Part shown: in pieces, positions 53,230-59,933 of the stretch
Layout of the letters: the number at the start of each line of letters is the position of its first letter
Position numbering within the stretch: the stretch's first letter is position 1
NCBI GenBank assembly: GCA_038214755.1
Contig: JBBQRQ010000019.1
Location: 1-59,933, forward strand
Length of the DNA: 59,933 nt
Source of the DNA: Verrucomicrobiota bacterium
GTDB lineage: Bacteria > Verrucomicrobiota > Verrucomicrobiia > Limisphaerales > CANJXF01
Reading direction: 5' to 3'
The notes under the pieces: model-generated
Seen by the model: the letters and a program-made list of their open reading frames with translations, nothing else
The model's database searches: none
Told to the model about the DNA's origin: nothing
Translations under genes and position numbers: made by a program

Positions 53230-55959
53230 TTAATGCCGGCGCAAAATTAAACGGTGCTCCACGCGCTTGGTTTGAGTGTATTCCAACGGGGGGAGGTCGG
53301 TCATGGTCGGGGACTCGGTTTCCTGCAAAATATTTTTCGCTGCGCGTTGCAACTCCTGCCAGCGCGGCCAAATCAACTCCGGCGCGTGCGAAATTCTTCG
53401 CAAGAGACTGCGCCACTCAATAATGATTCGATCAATGTCGCCCGCGCCGAGCAGCTCAGTGACCCAGCCGTGTTTGCTCAATGGATTTTTATGCACGCCA
53501 GCGACGACTTGTTCAGCGCCCGACCCGTATTTTGGCGGAGCGCCATTTTCCAGATAACCCGGAATAGACTGCGTGCCATAAGTTTTATGGCAGGTCATTG
53601 CCAGACGTCCGGCAAAACGATTTTCTTCGCCGCAAAAACGGAAGCCCGCGTCGAGATTGGCAAGATCATAAACCAATTCGTTGATCGGATATTTGTCGTC
53701 TTCGAGCGCGGCGGCAATGGCCAGTCCGTCGCCTTGCGAAAAGAAACTGACGATCTGCCCGCGTCGCGTTGGGACGCCGTTGACATTAACCAAACCGAGT
53801 CGCCGCCACAAAAGCGCAACTCCGGTGGCGGCGGAAAGTTTCAGGCACACCGGAACGAGCGAACAGCGCGCGCAGTCGCGAGGAAGAACGTAGCGCTCTG
53901 CTGGTTGCCACAGCGCAAAGCCGTGCGAATCGACCGGGACGCGCATGGTCAAATCGGCCAGGCTGACCAGCGCGAGAATTTTTGTCGGCTCAGAAACGAA
54001 ACGAACCACCGGCATTTTTTGTTGCGCCAATCTTTTTTCGACGAGAGGCGCGATATTTTTTTCCCACACCTCCATCGTCGCTTGTCGCCCGCTCCAGTTG
54101 GTCAGGCGACGAATCCATTTGGCGATGATGACGCGATCATCGTTTAGGCGGTCGGCGACGGTGATGGCGCGGCCAAAAACTTTTCCGTTTTCGTTCTCGG
54201 ACAAAACCGTGAGAGAGCCGGAACCGACTTTTTCCAGAGCGGCTGGTTCGGAAAGGATGGAGCGAAACTTTGTGGGATTAGAAAATGATTCAGGATTTTC
54301 ACGCTCGCCCTCACCCTTACCCTCTCCCCCGGGGAGAGGGAAATCTGTCGGGGACGCGATGGAAATTTCGGAAGCAACCGTTTCAGTAGCCGCGTTGGAA
54401 TTGCGGGAGGTTAGCATTGAATCCAAAGTCGGGACTGAAGCCGAAACTGAAATTAAATCACGAGACGCGGTAGAACCTTGCGGTGAAATATTTTTCTCCC
54501 TCTCCTGGGGGAGAGGGTCGGGGTGAGGGCGATCTAAAACCATAATCTCGCTTAATCTCTTTTCCGTGAGCGGCGGATAAATTTCCCATTCGCCACGGCT
54601 GTTTAAAAACTCGCGAACACGCATACGAACATGCCGCGCGCGCTCGGCGTCGGTGTGGAGTCCGCAGGGGACGTCGGGATGTTTCAACGACTCTTCCACG
54701 CCGAGGAAAATCGGTTTGGTGGTGAACAACCGCTCTTGCACTCGAACCGCCTCGTGGAATGGATCGCGACCGATTTCCGACGCCGCGGACATTAACCCGA
54801 GCAGCGCGCTCCAATCCACCAGACCGCCGCGAGATAGGTGACAAGCGCGCGCATCGAGCAAACGAATTTGATTTGCAGTGACGAGCACGTAGCCGGTTTC
54901 GTCGAGGCCGCGACGTCCGGCGCGACCGAACATTTGCAAAATTTCGTCGGAGCGCAATGGCTGTTCCTGATAATCGCGTCGATACGATTCACCGGCGAGC
55001 GCGACGCTGCGAAGAGAAAAATTTATTCCAGCGGCCAATCCCATCGTCGCGACGACCACGCGGAGTTGGCCCGCTTTGGCCAGCGGTTCGACGACTCCCG
55101 CCCGTGCGGCGTAGCTCAATCCGCTGTGATGATACGCAATCCGACTCTTCAACATTTTCGCGAGATGATCGCCGACTAAAAGTTTTTGCTCGGAATTCAA
55201 AGTGAGCGGATTTGGGATGGGCAGCATTCGCGCGAGTTCCGCGGCGAGCGTTTCGGCGCCTTGTCGTCGAGGAGAGAAAATTAAAACAGGACCTAAGTCA
55301 TCGGCCAGCGCTTTGGCAACGACGCGCGGCCAGTAGCCGCGAATTTCGTTCGGCACATGAAAGTTCAAATTGTTCGCATAAACTTCTTCGAGCGGAACGG
55401 GCCGCTCTTCATGTCGAATCAAAATGGCGTTTCGACCAAGACGATTCAGCCATTTTACCACGTCGTGCGGATTTCCGACGCTGCCGCTGAACAGGAGCAA
55501 TTGGGTTTGCGTCGGGGCGAGGGCCAGCGCGAGTTCGTAATTCAGTCCGCGATCCGCGTCGCCGATCATCTGATATTCATCGACCACCAGCAGCGCCGGG
55601 CCGTCGCCGCGGATCAACCGGCTTTTTTGCGTCTCCAGTGTGGCGACGATGACGGGCGCGCTGAGATTTTCGGACAGATCGCCAGTCGCAATTCCAACGT
55701 CCCAACCCAGCGCGCGCCACTCTGCCAGCTTGTCATTGGCCAACGCGCGAGTGGGAACGGTGTAAATGGCTTGCCCGCGATTTTTTCCTTGGTTGGACCA
55801 AAGTTCAAAAATTAAAGTCTTGCCCGCACCCGTCGGGGCATGCACGACGACGTCTTTTCCCTCGCGCAAGGCGGTGACCGCCTGTTGCTGCCAAAGGTCA
55901 GGAATCCGCACTTGATTGAAGACGGGAAGATTTTCCAGTTGTTCCGCGAGCGACGACAC
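53230..55959 (-). CDS. DEAD/DEAH-box (Ski2-like SF2) helicase
   Basis: APTGAGKT, VPTRALANDK, VDEYQ, HHSGL, ATMGLAAGIN, QMFGRAGRRGLDETG; start GTG 55959 supported by TATCTT 6 nt upstream. Confidence 0.92.
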   Translation of the reverse strand: MSSLAEQLENLPVFNQVRIPDLWQQQAVTALREGKDVVVHAPTGAGKTLIFELWSNQGKNRGQAIYTVPTRALANDKLAEWRALGWDVGIATGDLSENLSAPVIVATLETQKSRLIRGDGPALLVVDEYQMIGDADRGLNYELALALAPTQTQLLLFSGSVGNPHDVVKWLNRLGRNAILIRHEERPVPLEEVYANNLNFHVPNEIRGYWPRVVAKALADDLGPVLIFSPRRQGAETLAAELARMLPIPNPLTLNSEQKLLVGDHLAKMLKSRIAYHHSGLSYAARAGVVEPLAKAGQLRVVVATMGLAAGINFSLRSVALAGESYRRDYQEQPLRSDEILQMFGRAGRRGLDETGYVLVTANQIRLLDARACHLSRGGLVDWSALLGLMSAASEIGRDPFHEAVRVQERLFTTKPIFLGVEESLKHPDVPCGLHTDAERARHVRMRVREFLNSRGEWEIYPPLTEKRLSEIMVLDRPHPDPLPQEREKNISPQGSTASRDLISVSASVPTLDSMLTSRNSNAATETVASEISIASPTDFPLPGGEGKGEGERENPESFSNPTKFRSILSEPAALEKVGSGSLTVLSENENGKVFGRAITVADRLNDDRVIIAKWIRRLTNWSGRQATMEVWEKNIAPLVEKRLAQQKMPVVRFVSEPTKILALVSLADLTMRVPVDSHGFALWQPAERYVLPRDCARCSLVPVCLKLSAATGVALLWRRLGLVNVNGVPTRRGQIVSFFSQGDGLAIAAALEDDKYPINELVYDLANLDAGFRFCGEENRFAGRLAMTCHKTYGTQSIPGYLENGAPPKYGSGAEQVVAGVHKNPLSKHGWVTELLGAGDIDRIIIEWRSLLRRISHAPELIWPRWQELQRAAKNILQETESPTMTDLPPLEYTQTKRVEHRLILRRH
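54305..54532. repeat. In-frame palindromic insertion (CCCTCACCC..CCCTCTCCC type) within the helicase
   Basis: 36-37-bp inverted arms 54305-54341 / 54497-54532; 228 bp = 76 codons; reads RPHPDPLPQERE...PLPGGEGKGEGE. Confidence 0.88.
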
Positions 55960-56016
55960 GCGGAGAAGATAATCGGGTTTGGCGAATCGGAAACCGGGAT
56001 TTATTTTTGCCGCGCC

Positions 56017-56141
56017 GGGTAGCATCTGCCTCCGGCGGGTGCGAAGGAATTCGTTCACTCTATGTTCGACGTTGCATACACAAAAATAAAAACCCAAACA
56101 TTGAATGGAGGTTCCGCACCCGCCGGAGGCAGATGCTACCC
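56017..56141. repeat. REP-like hairpin, family A
   Basis: Perfect 27-bp arms 56017-56043 / 56115-56141 between divergent promoters. Confidence 0.9.
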
Positions 56142-56160
56142 GCGATGTCGCGACTAAGGT

Positions 56161-56188
56161 TTGACTTGGCTTGTTGGCAAACTAAATT
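56161..56188 (+). promoter_or_regulatory. sigma70-like promoter, leaderless
   Basis: TTGACT - 16 nt - TAAATT (56183-56188) - 7 nt - ATG 56196. Confidence 0.6.
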
Positions 56189-56195
56189 GCAACGG

Positions 56196-57242
56196 ATGTT
56201 GGCCGCTGAAACCAGAGAGGTTGCCGTTCCCCACGCAGCCGGTTCGCCCCCAAAATTCTCATTCGTCTGGGAAGAAATTTTGGAGGCAGTCGATCCATTT
56301 TTGAAGGCAGTGGCCAAACGGCTGCTCACTCAAGCGCAGGAATTTGAACCCCAAGTTGCCGCTTACGCGGAGTACGCGTTGAGCGGTCACGGCAAACAAT
56401 TGCGCCCGCTTTTAGTTTCGTTGAGCGGGGCGGCCTGCGGAAAAATAAATGACAGTCACGTGACCGTCGCCGTGATTATCGAGATGGTTCATCTGGCCAC
56501 GCTGGTGCATGACGACATTATTGATGAGGCCGAAGTGCGGCGCGGTCGTCCGACGCTCTCCGCGCATTGGGGCAATGAAGTTTCGGTCCTGCTGGGCGAC
56601 TGTCTTTTTGCGCATGCATTGAAATTGGCGGCGAGTTTTCCGACACCGGAAATTTGTCGGGCGGTGGCTGCGGCGACGAACACAGTTTGTTCCGGTGAAA
56701 TTTTGCAGACGCAACGCCGTCGCAAGTTTCAACTTTCCCGCGAGGAATATTTCAAAATCCTGGCGATGAAAACCGGCGAGCTTTTCGCGTTATCGTGTGA
56801 TTTGGGCGCATTGCTGAGTCAAGCCACACCGTCGCAACGGGAGGCCTTGCGTCAATACGGCCTGGCGCTCGGCACGGCGTATCAACTCTACGATGATTGC
56901 CTGGATGTTTTTGGTTCGGAGACCGTTGCCGGAAAAACGTTGGGCCATGATTTGGCCAATGGCGAGGTGACCTTGCCTCTGTTAATCGCGCTGGAGCGCA
57001 TGAGTAACGCCGAACGGACGCGACTCGAAGCGCAGCTAAAAAATTGGTCGGCGGAAATTTTTCCCAACATCGTTGTTCTTCTGGAAAACTATGACGCGTT
57101 GCCGGAATCGCGGGCGATTATTCGTCAACATCTTGCTGCTGCGAGACAAACCTTGTCGCTCCTGCCGGACTCCGATGGGCGCGACGGCCTGGCAGGTCTC
57201 TTGAATTATTTGTCACAACAAAGCGATGCTTTGGGTGTTTGA
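56196..57242 (+). CDS. Long-chain polyprenyl diphosphate synthase (IspB/HepT-like)
   Basis: GKQLRP, EMVHLATLVHDDIID..RRG, KTGELF, AYQLYDDCLD. Confidence 0.93.
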   Translation: MLAAETREVAVPHAAGSPPKFSFVWEEILEAVDPFLKAVAKRLLTQAQEFEPQVAAYAEYALSGHGKQLRPLLVSLSGAACGKINDSHVTVAVIIEMVHLATLVHDDIIDEAEVRRGRPTLSAHWGNEVSVLLGDCLFAHALKLAASFPTPEICRAVAAATNTVCSGEILQTQRRRKFQLSREEYFKILAMKTGELFALSCDLGALLSQATPSQREALRQYGLALGTAYQLYDDCLDVFGSETVAGKTLGHDLANGEVTLPLLIALERMSNAERTRLEAQLKNWSAEIFPNIVVLLENYDALPESRAIIRQHLAAARQTLSLLPDSDGRDGLAGLLNYLSQQSDALGV

Positions 57243-57256
57243 CCTTCGGGCACTCC

Positions 57257-57901
57257 ATGAAAACTGAATTTTTAGAAAAAGACGCCGCTGCCACTCCGGA
57301 GCTTGATAAAAAAATGGAGAGCAAGGCACGGGCAATTGAGGATATGGCGTTGGTCAAGCGCGCGAAACAAGAGGATTCCGCAGCGTATGACGATTTGATC
57401 CGGCGTTATCAGGAACGCATTTACGCGACGGTTTACCACATGACTTCCAATCACGAGGACGCCAACGACCTCACGCAGGAAACTTTTATCAAGGCCTATC
57501 GCGCGCTGAAATCGTTCAAAGGCGATTCAAGTTTTTACACCTGGATTTATCGGATCGCGGTGAACAAAACGATCAACTTTCTCAAGACCAGAAAAAATCG
57601 GACGCACATGAGTTTGAATGATCTGGATTTCAATGCGGAACACGACCCGGATTTGGTGGCGTTGATTTCTGAGAGGACGCCGCGGCGCGATTTAAATTTA
57701 GCCGAGTTGCAGGAGAAATTGAACGAGGCCATGCAAAAGTTGTCAGAATCTCACAGAATGGTGGTGACGCTGCACGATGTTCAGGGCTTGTCTCACGATG
57801 AGATTGCCGAAATCGTCGGGTGCAATGTGGGAACCGTTCGGTCGCGCTTATTTTATGCGCGACAACAATTGCAGGGAACTTTGTCAGATTATTTGAAGTG
57901 A
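57257..57901 (+). CDS. ECF sigma-70 factor (RpoE-like)
   Basis: DANDLTQETFIKAY, SSFYTWIYRIAVN, EIAEIVGCNVGTVRSRLFYAR. Confidence 0.95.
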   Translation: MKTEFLEKDAAATPELDKKMESKARAIEDMALVKRAKQEDSAAYDDLIRRYQERIYATVYHMTSNHEDANDLTQETFIKAYRALKSFKGDSSFYTWIYRIAVNKTINFLKTRKNRTHMSLNDLDFNAEHDPDLVALISERTPRRDLNLAELQEKLNEAMQKLSESHRMVVTLHDVQGLSHDEIAEIVGCNVGTVRSRLFYARQQLQGTLSDYLK

Positions 57902-57902
57902 T

Positions 57903-58373
57903 ATGAATTCCGAACGAGAAGATTTTGAAACGCTGCGTCAATTGCTGGCTTTAAAACGGCACGAGGTTCCGCCGCCCAGATATTTCTCCGAGTTGCCCGG
58001 CCAAATCCGGGCAAGAATCGAACGCGAGCCGGCCGCTCTTTCTTTTTGGGCGCGGATTTTTCCGAGCGTCAGGTTAAGTCCAGCGGTGGCTTATAGTTTT
58101 GGTTTGCTGGCCTGCGCCACTTTATTTTTCGGGGTCGCTTATAGTCTGAAAACAGCGCCGGACCAAACGGCGGTGCGCCCCATCGTAGATGAAAATTGGC
58201 CGACCGCTTCTTCCAAACTTGCCAGTGAAAATCCTCGCGTTTTAAATCTCGCGCCGTCTCAACTGATCCTCCTGGCCAGCACGAATCCCGTGATGGACGC
58301 CGGGGCGCTTCCCTCTCTTTTTGACAGCCCGCAACTGCGCATGCAGTTGATCAATTCTGTGCCGGGTCAATAA
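57903..58373 (+). CDS. Putative anti-sigma factor (single TM)
   Basis: Starts 1 nt after the ECF sigma stop; LLALKRHEVPPPRYF then one TM. Confidence 0.7.
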   Translation: MNSEREDFETLRQLLALKRHEVPPPRYFSELPGQIRARIEREPAALSFWARIFPSVRLSPAVAYSFGLLACATLFFGVAYSLKTAPDQTAVRPIVDENWPTASSKLASENPRVLNLAPSQLILLASTNPVMDAGALPSLFDSPQLRMQLINSVPGQ

Positions 58374-58420
58374 TTTCCAAGCAAAGTCGTAGCTGCTGAC
58401 GTGAGAAGGCGGACCGATCC

Positions 58421-58560
58421 AAATCCGAAATCCGAAATCCGAAATCCGAAAGAAATCCGAAGGCCGAATGTGCTTCGGAACTTTGCGGTCCAGAACTTTC
58501 CGATCCTTCGCAGGGAAGTCGTTTCGATATTCGGATTTCGGGGATTCGGATTTCGGTTTT
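58421..58560. repeat. Inverted heptamer arrays (AAATCCG)n ... (CGGATTT)n between convergent genes
   Basis: 58421-58470 and 58522-58560; preceded by a GTAG REP half at 58389. Confidence 0.85.
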
Positions 58561-58564
58561 AAAA

Positions 58565-59758
58565 TTAAAGCTCTTTCTCCAGCACGAACGTCATCCCGTC
58601 CCGCGGCAAAAGCAGTCTGCCATTTTCGAAAGTTGCGTCCACAGTCTGCGCGCCGAAGGTGACGTCGTAGCCCGAACCGTGGCTCTTCCAAGTCCCTTCC
58701 GCCAAAACAGTCGATGATGCTCCGGCGTTGGCGGGCGGACTTTTTAAAATCGCCTTGTTGTCGGTTGTGGCGATCAATGTGATTCCTCGCAGCCGCGCGT
58801 ACTTGGTTTGTCTCAAACGTTTTAATTCCAGAGGGGTCAGTTTTGGGTTGGCGATTTTTTCCTGCGCCAGGGATGCGTCGAGGTTCACTGTCCAAAAGCC
58901 GAGAATTTTTTCATTGTCGTACTTCGCCGATTTTCCCGTCAGCAAATATTCGTGCAAATCTTTTAGATCCGGCCCGATCAATTTCCAGATCTCCTCCGTG
59001 ATGGCCGAGTTGGTCAGGATCGCTTGCACTTTTGGGTGGCTGATAATCTCCCCGATTTTCGCCTGCCGCTGAATCATTTCGTTGACCTGCACGTCGTTGG
59101 CAATGTCTTGAAATTCCTTGCGTTCGCCGAGCGTCAGAAAAACCGGGTAACGCGAAAGCCGGCTCGGCAGAAGCGGATTATTTTTCAACAGACCGACGAT
59201 GTCGGCTGCTTCGTAAAAATTTGTCGGCGCCGGATCGTAAGCCGCCACCACTTTGTCCATTTTCGTTTCGTGAATCTGCGCGCGGGTTTTGTTGAGAAAA
59301 CGGAGCTTGGCGGGGTCGTCCTGGCCCGAGGCCACTTGCGTCGTGAGATAGCCCGCCACGTAAAACGGAATAAGCAGCAAAATAAAATAGACCGCTCCAT
59401 TGACCAGACCCAGCGACATGCCGAGCCGGTGACTCAGCCGCTCCCATTTCAAGCGCACTTTGTCGTCGGTTTTATATTTGTAAAAAACGTCCACTTTTTT
59501 ATGGATAGTCAGGCCGATGATTTTGAAAACAATCATCACCAGAATAAAAATGATGAGTGGTGGAACGACCTGGCTCCAGAGCGGATGTTTGAGTCCAAAA
59601 ACTGGCAGGATGGGCCTGACAATCGGCGAAAGCGGGAGCGCGAGAATGGCCGCAAAAAACAAACCGATCAACGAAACCGCTACTCGGATCACGCCCGAAT
59701 AAAAGCCAGCCAATCCCAGCAAAGCCAAAAGAACTAACGCGAGAAGCCAGATCATCAT
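58565..59758 (-). CDS. CvpA-family membrane protein with long soluble C-terminal extension
   Basis: GFYSGVIRVAVSLIGL, four TM segments, RLGMSLGLVNG; about 250-aa hydrophilic tail. Confidence 0.8.
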   Translation of the reverse strand: MMIWLLALVLLALLGLAGFYSGVIRVAVSLIGLFFAAILALPLSPIVRPILPVFGLKHPLWSQVVPPLIIFILVMIVFKIIGLTIHKKVDVFYKYKTDDKVRLKWERLSHRLGMSLGLVNGAVYFILLLIPFYVAGYLTTQVASGQDDPAKLRFLNKTRAQIHETKMDKVVAAYDPAPTNFYEAADIVGLLKNNPLLPSRLSRYPVFLTLGERKEFQDIANDVQVNEMIQRQAKIGEIISHPKVQAILTNSAITEEIWKLIGPDLKDLHEYLLTGKSAKYDNEKILGFWTVNLDASLAQEKIANPKLTPLELKRLRQTKYARLRGITLIATTDNKAILKSPPANAGASSTVLAEGTWKSHGSGYDVTFGAQTVDATFENGRLLLPRDGMTFVLEKEL

Positions 59759-59765
59759 GACGAAA

Positions 59766-59794
59766 AAAATAGAATTCCAATTACCTAAAAGCAA
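59766..59794 (-). promoter_or_regulatory. sigma70-like promoter, leaderless
   Basis: TTGCTT (59794-59789) - 17 nt - TATTTT (59771-59766) - 7 nt - ATG 59758. Confidence 0.55.
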
Positions 59795-59933
59795 CGCGCA
59801 AAAGTTTTCACAAGAAAATTCGCCGTAGCGTCGGGCGTCTCGCGTGGCCAGAGCGGTGGGGGGGGGCGCCCCAGGGCGGCGAGAGCCCGGCGCGGGGCGT
59901 GGGGAGGAGTCATGAGCGGGGGGGGTGGGGGGT

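Noticed and set aside
55960..56195. N-terminal extensions of the helicase and polyprenyl synthase ORFs (also TonB 6380-6541, coaE 11781-12029, DUF2934 52809-53117, propeller 34806-34898)
   Set aside because: Extensions run through repeats, promoters or neighbouring genes; downstream starts fit family N-termini and promoter spacing better
59824..59933. G-run-rich terminal sequence (possible G-quadruplex)
   Set aside because: Starts like a GTAG REP and then degrades into G runs at the window end; most likely low-quality contig-end sequence

Overview
Bacterial chromosomal window, most likely Verrucomicrobiota (Pedosphaerales/Limisphaerales-like). This call is inferred from an Amuc_1098-1101-type pilus/secretin cluster, dapL, three sulfatases and Verrucomicrobia-style C-terminal tails on secreted proteins. 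Housekeeping and accessory genes include asd, a YfhO-type GT-C protein, tonB-exbB-exbD, a di-heme cytochrome c, coaE, a stand-alone 5'-3' exonuclease, dapL, a Ski2-like helicase, a polyprenyl synthase, an ECF sigma/anti-sigma pair and CvpA. The centre is a 31-kb co-directional minus-strand run. It starts with a PilM-PilN fusion, Amuc_1100-like and Amuc_1099-like genes and a secretin, continues with the exonuclease, and then holds a tightly packed 23-kb block of five signal-peptide proteins. These are a beta-propeller, an apparently catalytically dead matrixin-like protein, a 1300-aa Phe/Asn-rich protein, a 3134-aa Calx-beta/delta-60 giant and a 2254-aa subtilase with an atypical active site. 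This block is the best candidate for an undescribed surface-assembly system. Intergenic DNA is rich in palindromic REP-like elements and MITEs. One is a nested MITE-in-MITE with perfect 9-bp and 4-bp target duplications. One family lacks TIRs and has conserved ends with swappable cargo, and one palindrome is inserted in frame in the helicase. A RelE/ParE toxin-antitoxin module is bracketed by a duplicated gene 3' end. Many genes have sigma70-like promoters positioned for leaderless mRNAs. I saw no rRNA, tRNA, CRISPR array, transposase or integrase. All family calls come from motif recognition by eye; no searches were run.
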